From: an uncultured Verrucomicrobiales bacterium
GTDB taxonomy: Bacteria; Verrucomicrobiota; Verrucomicrobiia; Verrucomicrobiales; DEV007
Direction: 5' to 3'
NCBI GenBank assembly: GCA_938091905.1
Contig: CALKOM010000124.1
Span: forward strand, 15,637-79,636
DNA: 64,000 bases
The stretch's first letter is position 1. Every line of letters begins with the position of its first letter. Below the pieces are notes generated by a model. The model ran no database searches, was not told where the DNA came from, and worked only from the letters and a program-made list of their open reading frames with translations. The position numbers and the translations under genes were made by a program. Below, piece after piece: positions 48,475-58,205 of this stretch.

Positions 48475-50829
48475 ATGGTCTTTCTGGGAGCTTCCCTCAT
48501 TCTTCAACAACAGGACAAGCTTGTCTGGGCTGCCTGTCTCGCCTTGTTAGGCATCGCGGCGGTGATCTATACTTACGCGCGCTTTCCACAGCGTGGCGGA
48601 TGGAAGTGGGCTGCCGCCTTGCTGAAGATTCTGGGAATCCTGCTTCTTCTCTTCTGTGTTCTGGAACCCCTATTGGCGCGCAAAGAGCCCAAGAAGGGGG
48701 CGAACATATTTCTGGTCGTCGGTGATAACAGTGAGAGTCTTCAGATCAAGGATACTGGTGCTGATGAGCCGCGGGGTGAGTTGGTTCAGAAGGATCTCGT
48801 CGAGTCTGAAGAGAAAGGTTGGCTAAAAGATCTCAACGAAGAATTCAAGGTGCACCGCTTTCTGTTTGGAGAGCGTTTGCAGCGTGTGAACAACTTCGAA
48901 GCGCTGAATTTCGAAGACCGTTCGTCCTCTTTGCACGGGGCGCTTGATGACATTAGCCAACGTTATGAGGATCGCCCACTCGCTGGAATCTTTGTCTTCA
49001 CCGATGGCAATGTGAATGACCTCGATGCGAAGCTCGCCAAGTTGCCGACAGGAGATATTCCAATTTATCCTGTCAATATCGCGGGTGAGAGTAGCACGCG
49101 CGATACGTCGATACGTCAGGTTAGTCTCAATCAGAGTGCTTTCGAGGATGCTCCCGTTACGGTGAATGCTGAGGTCGTACTCAACCAGGTGGCGAACGAA
49201 CCGGTTGAAGTCACGGTCTATGACAAAGAAGGCAACAAGGTAGATTCGCAAACGCTCAATTCCGACCAAGCGATTGCAATAGAGACGGTAAGCTTTCAGC
49301 TCAAACCAGGTGTCGAAGATCCCTTAGCATTCTACGAAGTTCGGGTCTCGCAGACGTCCAAGGAGGAAGAGGAGCCCGAAGAAGCGACGACAAAGAACAA
49401 CATGCAAAGCATTGTCGCGGTCATGCCGCATGGTCCTTACAGCGTACTTTACATTGGAGGTCGCCCCGATCCTTCGTTTAAGTTTTTCAAACGCGCATTG
49501 TCGGAGGATCACGAGGTCGAACTCGCCTCACTGATTCGCATCGCCAAGCGGGAGCCGAAGTTCCAATACAAAGGCCGCGAGGGTGAGAGTAGCAATCCAC
49601 TGTTCCGTGGCTTCCGTGGCGAGCAGGACACCGAGGATTATGACAAGCCTGTCATTATCGCAATGAAGCCAAGCGATGACTTCGATCTCGAAGCGGAATT
49701 TCCCAAGACAGACGATCAGCTATTCCAATTCTCCGCCATCGTGATCGATAAAATGGAGGCCGAGTTCTTCACCTTCAATCAGCAAGAGCGTCTCCAGCAG
49801 TTTGTGTCTCGGCGCGGCGGTGGTGTTCTCATGTTTGGTGGTCGTGAATCTTTTGCCAAAGGCAAGTATGATAAGACGCCCATTGGAGAGATGCTCCCCA
49901 TCTATTTAAATGGGGCGCCGACCAATCGCGAGGTGGGAGCGGGCGAAGTTAACTTGAGCCGGGAAGGGTGGCTCCAACCATGGGTGCGCTTGCGCTCTGA
50001 GCGTGGTAGCGAAGAAGCGCGTCTTGCGGATATCCCGGCTCTTTCTACTGTGAACACCGTGGGAGATCAGAAGCCGGGCTCTAGCCTAGTTTCGTATTAC
50101 CGTCAGAATGGCAAAGACTATCCTTTGCTAGTAACGCAATCGTTCGGCAAGGGCAAGTCCGTGGCGTTGACGGCGGGCGACCTCTGGCGCTGGGGCTTCA
50201 GTAATCCCGATCATCCTGAGTTCATGGACGATCTCAATAAGTTCTATCGGCAGCTCATGCGTTGGGTCATCACCGACGTACCCAAGCCCGTGGCGATTAA
50301 GTCAGCGGTCGATGGCTCTCGTTTTCCTCCCAAGGTGAGTCTTGAAGTTGAGGTCAATGACCGTGCCTATTTCCCAGATAGCACCGCCGAAGTAATTGTC
50401 GAGATTACAGATCCCGAAGGGAAGACAAGCGAGCTCCGTGCTGCTCTTTCCAGTCAGGATCCAGGTGTCTATGTCACGGACTACACGGCGGTGAATGAAG
50501 GTTTCTATAGTGCCAGAACCGTGGTGAAGGACGAAGAGAATGAGCCCTTGGGCGAAGCGGTGACGGGATGGACCGTGAATAGTGGATTAGAAGAATTTCA
50601 GAATCTCTCAGGAAACGCGGCTTTGTTAGATAAGCTTGCTGGGGCTAGTGGAGGAGAAGTCGTTGAGCAAAGTGAACTCGCATCTTTCGTAGAGAAGCTC
50701 AAAGAGAAGCCACTCCCTGTCATGGAAACGAGGACGAGTCCGTTGTGGCATTTGCCAGTGTTCTTTCTTCTTGCGCTCCTCTGTTTCGCTGGTGAGTGGG
50801 GGCTCAAACGTTGGAAAGGCCTGCCATAG
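48475..50829 (+). CDS. Membrane protein with VWA-like and class I glutamine-amidotransferase-like domains
   Basis: TMs, DNSES MIDAS-like motif, FTDG, RRGGGVLMFGG..SF, DLWRW, C-terminal EWGLKRWKGLP. Confidence 0.8.
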   Translation: MVFLGASLILQQQDKLVWAACLALLGIAAVIYTYARFPQRGGWKWAAALLKILGILLLLFCVLEPLLARKEPKKGANIFLVVGDNSESLQIKDTGADEPRGELVQKDLVESEEKGWLKDLNEEFKVHRFLFGERLQRVNNFEALNFEDRSSSLHGALDDISQRYEDRPLAGIFVFTDGNVNDLDAKLAKLPTGDIPIYPVNIAGESSTRDTSIRQVSLNQSAFEDAPVTVNAEVVLNQVANEPVEVTVYDKEGNKVDSQTLNSDQAIAIETVSFQLKPGVEDPLAFYEVRVSQTSKEEEEPEEATTKNNMQSIVAVMPHGPYSVLYIGGRPDPSFKFFKRALSEDHEVELASLIRIAKREPKFQYKGREGESSNPLFRGFRGEQDTEDYDKPVIIAMKPSDDFDLEAEFPKTDDQLFQFSAIVIDKMEAEFFTFNQQERLQQFVSRRGGGVLMFGGRESFAKGKYDKTPIGEMLPIYLNGAPTNREVGAGEVNLSREGWLQPWVRLRSERGSEEARLADIPALSTVNTVGDQKPGSSLVSYYRQNGKDYPLLVTQSFGKGKSVALTAGDLWRWGFSNPDHPEFMDDLNKFYRQLMRWVITDVPKPVAIKSAVDGSRFPPKVSLEVEVNDRAYFPDSTAEVIVEITDPEGKTSELRAALSSQDPGVYVTDYTAVNEGFYSARTVVKDEENEPLGEAVTGWTVNSGLEEFQNLSGNAALLDKLAGASGGEVVEQSELASFVEKLKEKPLPVMETRTSPLWHLPVFFLLALLCFAGEWGLKRWKGLP

Positions 50830-50835
50830 AAATTC

Positions 50836-52014
50836 ATGAAGCACGCGTTCATCCTCCTTCTTCTTAGTATAACTGCGCTTGTCGCGCAAGACGACTCGTC
50901 TGCACCACCACCGGTTAACGAGTTGCTCATTGTGGTTGGCGCAGAGGGCGAGGAAGAGTATGGGCAGGCGTTCATGGATAACTTGGCCCAATGGAAAGTG
51001 GCTGCGGCAAGAGGGAAGGCGAAAGCTGCCGTCATCGATGCGTATGATGAGAATTCATTGGCCTCGATCGAGACCTATTTAAAAGAGTCCCCTAAAGATT
51101 TGGCCGTTCCACTCTGGGTGATCTTGATTGGGCATGGTACCTACAACCACCGTCAGGCTTATTTTAATTTGGCGGGTCCAGATCTGTCGGCTAAGGATCT
51201 CAAGGAATGGTTAAAGCCCTTTAAGCGGCCTCTCATTGTCGTCAATACCGCCTCTTCCAGTGGGGCCTTTCTTCCGATTCTCAGCGAGAAGAATCGGATC
51301 ACGGTGACGGCGACCAAGAGTGGCACTGAAGTGAACTACGCGTCCTTTGGGAACTACATGGCTGCCGCCTTGCTGAATCCCGAGACGGATTTCAATAATG
51401 ATGGAGAGAACTCCGTCTTCGAAGTTTTTCAATATGCGGCTCGCCAGACTGCAGAGTATTATGAGCAGGAAGGGCGAATCCAAACAGAGACCCCACTCCT
51501 TGATGACAACGGCGATGGTCGAGGAACTTCGTTGAAAGACTATGATGCCATCCGTGAAGGGGGGACCTCCAAGCGTGAGCCCGATGGTAGTTTCGCTAAA
51601 CGTTGGGCACTCGTGCTGAGTCCTGAGGAGCAAGCGATCCCGCCTGAAGTGCGTCAGAGAAGGAATGTGTTAGAATCGCAAATTGACAACCTCCGCAATC
51701 GTCGTCATGAACTTGAGAAAGAGGAGTATTACGCTGAGCTAGAGGGGTTGGCCTTGCAAATTGCTGATTTGTATACGGCTTTAGAGCCCGAGGGAGAGAA
51801 TCCTGTTGTTGAGACCGAGCAAGTTTCGGCACCTGAGGAGACTGACATTGAAACTCCCGGAGAGCTAGAGGCTGCCAAGGATGCTGAGGACGAGCAGAAC
51901 GATCGCGAAACGGGTTCAGAACTGGTGCCTGCCGAGGGCACAGACGACAAGAGTAAGGACGAAACCGCAACTGATTCAGGCAACGACGAAGTTGGCGTCC
52001 CCAGCGGCGATTAA
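50836..52014 (+). CDS. Exported hypothetical protein (possible caspase/hemoglobinase-like fold), acidic disordered tail
   Basis: Signal peptide; VILIGHG, FNLAGPDL, NTASSSG, TATKSG.E, LLDDNGDG.G. Confidence 0.65.
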   Translation: MKHAFILLLLSITALVAQDDSSAPPPVNELLIVVGAEGEEEYGQAFMDNLAQWKVAAARGKAKAAVIDAYDENSLASIETYLKESPKDLAVPLWVILIGHGTYNHRQAYFNLAGPDLSAKDLKEWLKPFKRPLIVVNTASSSGAFLPILSEKNRITVTATKSGTEVNYASFGNYMAAALLNPETDFNNDGENSVFEVFQYAARQTAEYYEQEGRIQTETPLLDDNGDGRGTSLKDYDAIREGGTSKREPDGSFAKRWALVLSPEEQAIPPEVRQRRNVLESQIDNLRNRRHELEKEEYYAELEGLALQIADLYTALEPEGENPVVETEQVSAPEETDIETPGELEAAKDAEDEQNDRETGSELVPAEGTDDKSKDETATDSGNDEVGVPSGD

Positions 52015-52016
52015 AT

Positions 52017-52835
52017 CTACTGCGTTAGGGCGTAGAAGATTATGTTGATGCCAAGTGGGTAGGCATACTTCTCCGAGAATTCTTTGAAATACCAGTGGTT
52101 CTCACCCTCTCGTTCCCAGCCGTCTCCTAGGTCAGTGTTGTGGCAGACGATGCACATCATGCGACCGTTATCATCGTAGAGAGCCTGATAGTGTGGCTCT
52201 TTCGGATCCCAACCTTCCCAAGTAATGCCTTCGTCTCGTCCTTGTAACGCGGCATTGATCGATGGAATCTGCGGACGTTTGTCCAAACTAAAGACGCCCT
52301 TGAAAATCGGATGGTTGAGAGGAATCTCCTGGAGCTTCCGATCCGGGAACACTCGGGCTAACTCAAAGGCGAAGTTCTCATATTCTTCCTCGCCCCAGAA
52401 ATCATCGACCATGAGGAAGCCGCCGCGTTGGAGGTAGGTGCGCAAGGCGGCCACTTCGTGGTCATGGAAGGAGAGATCGCCGACTTCGATCATGTAGAGA
52501 AAGGGATACTGAAAGAGTTCTTTGTCAGTCAATCCGACGACAACAGGATCGTTGGCAACCTCAATTGCGGTGAGTTCTTGGAGGCGGTAGGAGAAGTTGT
52601 AGTCACTCTCCGGATAATCCGTGGCCCACTTGTTGCGTCTTCCCCAGGAATCGTAGCGGACACGGGCGAAGGTGAAGACATCTTTGGGGAGATCTTGATC
52701 AATGGCCCATTCGGGTACGCCGCCACGACCGGTGCCCCGCCGGTAGTCCTGCCAGCCCCGCTTACCTCGCTGGGCCCACATGGGGAGAACGAGGATAAGA
52801 GCCAGGAGCAAGAGGGGGAGAGCGCGCTTCGTCAC
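52017..52835 (-). CDS. DUF4159 domain protein
   Basis: FTFARVRY, WATDYP, YPFLYM.E.G, GGFLMVDDFWG, NTDLGDGWE, GINIIFYALT. Confidence 0.88.
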   Translation of the reverse strand: MTKRALPLLLLALILVLPMWAQRGKRGWQDYRRGTGRGGVPEWAIDQDLPKDVFTFARVRYDSWGRRNKWATDYPESDYNFSYRLQELTAIEVANDPVVVGLTDKELFQYPFLYMIEVGDLSFHDHEVAALRTYLQRGGFLMVDDFWGEEEYENFAFELARVFPDRKLQEIPLNHPIFKGVFSLDKRPQIPSINAALQGRDEGITWEGWDPKEPHYQALYDDNGRMMCIVCHNTDLGDGWEREGENHWYFKEFSEKYAYPLGINIIFYALTQ

Positions 52836-52917
52836 GGGCGATAAATTAGCAGAATCAGCGCCAGGCTGGCGATTCCTTCCTGGGACAACTTTCCACGATC
52901 GAGCGGTTCAAGGATGA

Positions 52918-54222
52918 ATGCGGCTTATTATTCACGTCCTTGCTGTCTTGGTTGTTACCTTCGTGTTGGTGGCTAGCGGGCAGTCGCCCAATGTCGTGCT
53001 CATTATGGCGGACGACCTTGGCTACCATGATTTGTCTGGGTACGGTCACCCTAAGATCAAGACCCCAGTGCTGGACCAGTTGGCCAAGGATGGTGTCAAT
53101 CTCACGAATTTTTATGCAGGCGCGACGGTGTGTACTCCGTCGCGCATGGCCTTGCTTACGGGCGCGTATCCTTCACGGCTTGGATGGACGCAAGGCGTTG
53201 TTGGCTATCTGATGAATCCGGGTGCGGGTTTGCAGGCCGAGGCACTTACCATGGCGGAAGTGTTTCGATCAGAAGGGTATGCCACCGGGATGACGGGCAA
53301 GTGGCATCTTGGCGATGAGTCTCCCATGCTGCCGATGGAGCAGGGTTTTGAGGACACCTTTTACATCAAACGAAGCAACAATCAGACGACTGAGCTTTGG
53401 CGAAATACGACTCTAGCAGAAGATCCTTTCGACAACCGACAGTTGACCAAGAAGTTCACGAATGAAGCAGTAAGGTTCATTCGTGAACAGAAGGCATCGC
53501 CGTTCTTTCTCTACGTTCCGTTCACCGCACCACATTTTCCAGTGCAGGCGCACCCAGATTGGAAAGGAAAGTCTGACTATGGCGTCTATGGCGATGTGGT
53601 CGAAGAAATGGATGGTCGAATTGGCGAAATCCTAAATGCGCTTGAAGAAGAGAACCTGTCTGAGAAGACGATTGTAGCCTTTCTGTCAGACAATGGTCCC
53701 GAGCCGTTGACCAAGGAATCCAAAGCGCTGCCCTACCGTGGTAAGAAATGGTCTGCGCTCGAGGGGGGGACTCGAGTGCCCTGTATCTTTAGGTTTCCCA
53801 AGGTGCTTCCGAAAGGTGAAACATGCGAGGCTATGATCGCCGCGATGGACCTCTTTCCAACCCTGGCCAGTGCGTGCGGCATCGATTTGAAGAAACACAC
53901 GACTGGTAGCCCTGTTATTGATGGGGTGGATGTGTGGGAGACGTTGTTGGGAAAATCAGAAAGCCCTCATCCCCGCAATGATCTCCTCTACTGGCACGGA
54001 AAGGAGGGGCTTCAAGCTATTCGGCAAGGTGATTGGAAGCTCTTCCTTACGAAATGGCCAAAGTTGTATGACTTGGCAAATGATGCCGGAGAGCTCAACA
54101 ATCTCAGCTCCCAACACCCCGAGAGAGTGCGCTCGATGCAAGCGCTGGCGAAAAGGAAGTTGGCCGAGATCAACGCGGAGCCTCGTTCCTTGATAGGCGG
54201 GCCGCCAAGTGAATCGCGCTGA
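52918..54222 (+). CDS. Sulfatase (formylglycine-dependent, Cys type)
   Basis: PNVVLIMADDLG, CTPSRMALLTG, GKWHLG, SDNG, EGGTRVP. Confidence 0.95.
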   Translation: MRLIIHVLAVLVVTFVLVASGQSPNVVLIMADDLGYHDLSGYGHPKIKTPVLDQLAKDGVNLTNFYAGATVCTPSRMALLTGAYPSRLGWTQGVVGYLMNPGAGLQAEALTMAEVFRSEGYATGMTGKWHLGDESPMLPMEQGFEDTFYIKRSNNQTTELWRNTTLAEDPFDNRQLTKKFTNEAVRFIREQKASPFFLYVPFTAPHFPVQAHPDWKGKSDYGVYGDVVEEMDGRIGEILNALEEENLSEKTIVAFLSDNGPEPLTKESKALPYRGKKWSALEGGTRVPCIFRFPKVLPKGETCEAMIAAMDLFPTLASACGIDLKKHTTGSPVIDGVDVWETLLGKSESPHPRNDLLYWHGKEGLQAIRQGDWKLFLTKWPKLYDLANDAGELNNLSSQHPERVRSMQALAKRKLAEINAEPRSLIGGPPSESR

Positions 54223-55150
54223 AGAGGCTGCCGGGATTGGCTTTGCCTTGCCAGGCAATATCCAGGGCCGTCCCATGATCGACACTAGTGCGTATGATAG
54301 GAAGACCCAGTGTTGTATTAACGGCACAATCGAAGGCAAGAGCCTTCACGGGGATGTGGCCCTGATCATGGTACATGCAAACGACGGCATCGGTGGTCGC
54401 CCGTTTAGCTGGCACGAAGACCGTGTCTGGAGGGAGTGGGCCTTCGACGCTCATGCCCGCTTGACGTGCCGCTTCGATCGCTGGGGCGATCAGGCGCTCT
54501 TCCTCTTGATTCCCAAATAAGCCGTGTTCGCCTGCATGCGGATTGAGTCCACAGACAACGATGTGCGGCGCCTTGCCTTCGATCTTAGTCAGGCTCTCGT
54601 GAGTGAGTTCGATGACTTCAAGAATACGTTGCTGTGTAAGCAGCGCGGGGACTTCTGAATAGCCAACATGTACCGTGACGAAGGTGCATGTGATCGGTTC
54701 AGAATACTGCATCATACACCAGCGGTCGGAGGAGGATCGCTCAGCGAAGATCTCCGTGTGGCCAGGGTGGGCGATACCCGCTGCATGAAGGGCTTCCTTG
54801 TTGATCGGTGCCGTGACAATAGCGGCGATGTCGTTTGTTAGTGCTGCATCAATGGCGGATTGAATGTAGGCGTGGCTGGCCGCTCCAGTGACACCATTCG
54901 CAATACCTGGGGTGACTTCAGAGACATCGATGTGAGTAAAATCGATGATCCGTTCGTCCATTGGATCAACCTTGAGGCCTGTAGCGTCCGCAACTCTCTG
55001 AAGAATAGTTTGGTTGCCGTAAATGCGTAGCTCGCACACTGAGGTGAGGCTTTCATTGGCCAAAGCCCGGAGGCAAATCTCCGGGCCCACGCCAGCAGGG
55101 TCTCCCATTGTGATGGCGATGGTCGGATGGTCCGGAGCGTGAACGGGCAT
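54170..55150 (-). CDS. pdxA: 4-hydroxythreonine-4-phosphate dehydrogenase (PdxA family)
   Basis: ITMGDPAGVGPE, TAPINK, GHTE, LNPHAGE, MYHDQG, RTSVDHGTA. Confidence 0.93.
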   Translation of the reverse strand: MPVHAPDHPTIAITMGDPAGVGPEICLRALANESLTSVCELRIYGNQTILQRVADATGLKVDPMDERIIDFTHIDVSEVTPGIANGVTGAASHAYIQSAIDAALTNDIAAIVTAPINKEALHAAGIAHPGHTEIFAERSSSDRWCMMQYSEPITCTFVTVHVGYSEVPALLTQQRILEVIELTHESLTKIEGKAPHIVVCGLNPHAGEHGLFGNQEEERLIAPAIEAARQAGMSVEGPLPPDTVFVPAKRATTDAVVCMYHDQGHIPVKALAFDCAVNTTLGLPIIRTSVDHGTALDIAWQGKANPGSLFSAIHLAARLSRNEAPR

Positions 55151-55210
55151 GGCGAAACGAGCGTGATCGTGATCCTTGCCAAACGCAATAGGTGACCGAA
55201 TGCTTCCGTC

Positions 55211-55639
55211 ATGAATTCGGACACTGATTCTAAACCTAAAGAGCTGACTTTGCTCGGCCGCTCAGAAATCTCGCTTCCGGCAAGTCCCTCTCGTGACACT
55301 TTAGAAGTGTTTCCCAACCGGAATCCAGGACGGGATTACTGGATTGAGTTGGATTGCCCAGAATTTAGTTCGCTCTGTCCCGTGACGGGTCAGCCCGACA
55401 CTGCGCATGTCGTCATTCGTTATGTACCCAATGAGCGCTGTGTGGAAACGAAGTCTCTCAAGTACTACCTCGCATCCTATCGCAATGAACCCCGCTTCAA
55501 CGAAGACATCATCAATGGCATTGCCGATGATCTCATTGCCGTGTGTGAACCGCGACAGCTATCGATCACGGGGGCCTTCTCTGCGCGCGGCGGTATTAGT
55601 CTGACGGTGACGATTGATCATCCCTCGGAGGAGGCGTGA
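55211..55639 (+). CDS. queF: NADPH-dependent 7-cyano-7-deazaguanine reductase (short, type I)
   Basis: CPEFSSLCPVTGQPD, VETKSLKYYL.SYRN, RGGI. Confidence 0.9.
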   Translation: MNSDTDSKPKELTLLGRSEISLPASPSRDTLEVFPNRNPGRDYWIELDCPEFSSLCPVTGQPDTAHVVIRYVPNERCVETKSLKYYLASYRNEPRFNEDIINGIADDLIAVCEPRQLSITGAFSARGGISLTVTIDHPSEEA

Positions 55640-56438
55640 TGTTCATAGGTACTTGCTCGTGAATATTCCCTTCAGAATTCCTAACGAACACCGAAGACGA
55701 GAGTGGATAAGGCCGCTCGCTGCTGTCTGCGACAATTTGCGAGGAGATCTGCTGGTGGAAACTATCCTCGCAGTCTAAACGCCAACAGATGAGGAAGTCG
55801 CGGTTTGGAATCGCAAAGCGAAACGTCTCGCCCAAGTGCTGAGCAAGAAATGCCTGAAACGTTGGCATCAAAATGCGCACAGCATCGTAGCCATCGCCAC
55901 TGGCGACAGCGACGAAGACATCTTTGTCTGCACCTGCTAGCTGGAGCTGCACAGATTGTGTAAGTTCTTCCAGATTCTTCTGAGCCTGGTCGAAGAGATC
56001 ATCGGCAGCGACATCCCATCGCTGAAGATCAACCTCACGTAAGTACATGTAGGTTTCAGGAAAGTCGGCGACGAGGCCAACGCTCACCTCATTGCTTAGT
56101 GGAAAGGAGATTAAGCGAAGCGGAGCGCTTTCCACATACTCAGCGGGCATGACCTGAGGATAGAGCTTATCCTGGACGCTGTCGTAGGTCAGGTCTTCGA
56201 TCTTGGGAATGGATGGAGACAAGAGCTGGCCAAAGTGGCGTTCAACTAGAAACCGAAGGTCGTCGTCAGGGCGCTCCGAGAGATTGTAGTTTGCACGGAT
56301 ATTCTGCAGGCTAACTTGCTGTTCATCTGCTAGAACGACGTCGATTGCTTCAGGGTGTTCCGCGAGAGTGAGATTGGGATAGAGTTCTTGGGCGAGTTTG
56401 ATCACGCGCTGGCGAAAGGCTTCAGGATCTTCGGTCAT
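55596..56438 (-). CDS. DUF1444-like hypothetical protein
   Basis: YPQV, A..NL, DGYDAVRIL, AIPNRDFL, YPLS motifs. Confidence 0.6.
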   Translation of the reverse strand: MTEDPEAFRQRVIKLAQELYPNLTLAEHPEAIDVVLADEQQVSLQNIRANYNLSERPDDDLRFLVERHFGQLLSPSIPKIEDLTYDSVQDKLYPQVMPAEYVESAPLRLISFPLSNEVSVGLVADFPETYMYLREVDLQRWDVAADDLFDQAQKNLEELTQSVQLQLAGADKDVFVAVASGDGYDAVRILMPTFQAFLAQHLGETFRFAIPNRDFLICWRLDCEDSFHQQISSQIVADSSERPYPLSSSVFVRNSEGNIHEQVPMNITPPPRDDQSSPSD

Positions 56439-56456
56439 GAAATAGTAAGAGGGAGG

Positions 56457-56798
56457 TTAATCAATCCACTCATCAGTGGGGTCGAAGGCGGGGATTGGAA
56501 CATTGAGGATCTTCAGCTTGCCGACCGCCCGATGGCGGCAGCCGGGCTTGATGAAGATGGCGGTTTCAGGTTTGAGAGGATGAATTTCACCATCGAGCTC
56601 GATGTGCCCCTCGCCTTCAAGCACGTAATAGATCTCAGTCATCTTCTTGTGGTAGTGTGTCTCACTATCTTCTTTGATCGTGACCACATGCATGGTCGCG
56701 AGTTCATTGTCGGGCGTGGCGAAGGCTCGTTTTGCTTCGCCGCACGGACATGGCACCGCCTCGATATCGGTGAATTTGGCGATCATGTAGTTAGACAT
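56457..56798 (-). CDS. Cupin domain protein
   Basis: CPCG, HYHKKMTEIYYVLEG, PGCRHRA. Confidence 0.88.
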   Translation of the reverse strand: MSNYMIAKFTDIEAVPCPCGEAKRAFATPDNELATMHVVTIKEDSETHYHKKMTEIYYVLEGEGHIELDGEIHPLKPETAIFIKPGCRHRAVGKLKILNVPIPAFDPTDEWID

Positions 56799-56840
56799 GT
56801 CTCCAGGAAAGCGTGCTTTCCGCGTGCCGACAAGGCTTGG

Positions 56841-57140
56841 CTAAGGATTCTCGCGCTGCCACCAGTCTGGATCGCGTTCCCACGAATCGTTCTTGGAATC
56901 TCTTTCCGTAGTCTTTCGTGAGGGTTCTGGTTTCTCGGGAGGCTCATTGCCCAAGAGTTGGTTGAAGGCCCTCGCTTCTTCTTCCTGAGCCCACTTCTCC
57001 CGCCGACGGAAGTGCCTAGCTACGAGAGCGACGGCACCAAGTACCATGAATAGCATGAGGATCAGTGTGATGGCGAATCCGTCTGCAATATCAAAGGGCA
57101 CCTGTGGTGGCATGCCTTGCTGACCAAAAAGAAAGAGCAT
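56841..57140 (-). CDS. Small single-TM hypothetical protein
   Basis: One TM helix, C-terminal WERDPDWW; in an operon with GNAT and cupin genes. Confidence 0.65.
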   Translation of the reverse strand: MLFLFGQQGMPPQVPFDIADGFAITLILMLFMVLGAVALVARHFRRREKWAQEEEARAFNQLLGNEPPEKPEPSRKTTERDSKNDSWERDPDWWQRENP

Positions 57141-57155
57141 ATGCTTAGAGTGGTG

Positions 57156-57647
57156 TTAGGAAGAATTATCTTCTGAAGTGATGATCCGCCTCATTGGCAC
57201 CATGTTAGATTCCGTGAATCCGTGTCTGGAGAAGAATTCACGGGACTCGGTGACAATGCGATCAGTCAGCAGCGTGATCCTCAGGAATCCCCGTTGTTCT
57301 GCGAATTCACAAACATGTTTGATCAAGCGGCTGCCAAGACCTTGGCTGCGATGATCGGGATGGACAATGCAGTCTTCTAACAGAATTACCATGCCGCCTT
57401 CTGCCGTGCTGATCGTGAAGAGTAGATTGACCATGGCGATGATCTTATCTTCGCTGCGAATGACGAAGATACGGCCTCGGTTAGGCTGTTCGAGTATCAA
57501 TTTGAGACCGTGTTGTTGCTTGCGTCGGTCCGGCTGGAAGTCTTCCTCTAAACTAAACAGCTCCATGACCAGCTCAACGAGATCATCGAGATCCCCAAGT
57601 GTGGCAGGATCGATCCGCAGATTCTGGGCTTCGTTGGCTGAACTCAT
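57156..57647 (-). CDS. GNAT family N-acetyltransferase
   Basis: IVHPDHRSQGLGSRL acetyl-CoA motif; FF..HGF. Confidence 0.9.
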   Translation of the reverse strand: MSSANEAQNLRIDPATLGDLDDLVELVMELFSLEEDFQPDRRKQQHGLKLILEQPNRGRIFVIRSEDKIIAMVNLLFTISTAEGGMVILLEDCIVHPDHRSQGLGSRLIKHVCEFAEQRGFLRITLLTDRIVTESREFFSRHGFTESNMVPMRRIITSEDNSS

Positions 57648-57781
57648 AGTTAGATTGGGTCCGCAAGATGCGGACCATGAAGGATTCTATCGCAGACTGG
57701 GGGCCTGAAAGAAAGAAAGAATCCAATGAATACAAAGCCCCTGTTGAGGGTCCAATCGGGCGAATCCAATACTTACCTCTT

Positions 57782-58141
57782 ATGAAAAGACTCCTCAAAT
57801 CCCTCTTCGCTAGCGTTGGCGCTTTGGCGCTCTTCGTTGCCTTTGGTCCTACAGATGCCGCTGCACAGCATTGCCGTAGTTCAAGTTTGTACGGGTATAG
57901 CAGCGGTTACGGTCGTCACTACACGCCATCTTATCACACCACGCAGCGTCGCTATGTGGCACCCGTGCGTCGTAGTCGGGGCTACACGTCTGCTCGCATT
58001 GTGGTCAATCCACATTATGGCAACGGTTCCATTTACTATCGTGGCACCAGCCGCGCCTACCCTCAGCGCCGCTACTATCATGCGCCACGTCGCACCACCC
58101 GCAACACGACGCGGTCACGTGGATGGTGCTATCGCCGCTAG
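57782..58141 (+). CDS. Small secreted Arg/Tyr/Gly-rich low-complexity protein
   Basis: ATG 57782, signal peptide ending AAA-Q, followed by a terminator hairpin. Confidence 0.65.
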   Translation: MKRLLKSLFASVGALALFVAFGPTDAAAQHCRSSSLYGYSSGYGRHYTPSYHTTQRRYVAPVRRSRGYTSARIVVNPHYGNGSIYYRGTSRAYPQRRYYHAPRRTTRNTTRSRGWCYRR

Positions 58142-58167
58142 AAGATTGTTAGAAATAAACTAGTTGT

Positions 58168-58201
58168 GAATCGGGTTCTCTGGAAAGAGGGAACCCGGTT
58201 C
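58168..58201. terminator. Hairpin between convergent genes
   Basis: GAATCGGGTTCTCT...AGGGAACCCGGTTC stem. Confidence 0.6.
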
Positions 58202-58205
58202 GCAT

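Noticed and set aside
47187..48500. 437-aa minus-strand ORF with DLGPLL/LVAG repeats
   Set aside because: Antisense read of the Gln/Gly repeat, which lacks stops in that frame for compositional reasons.
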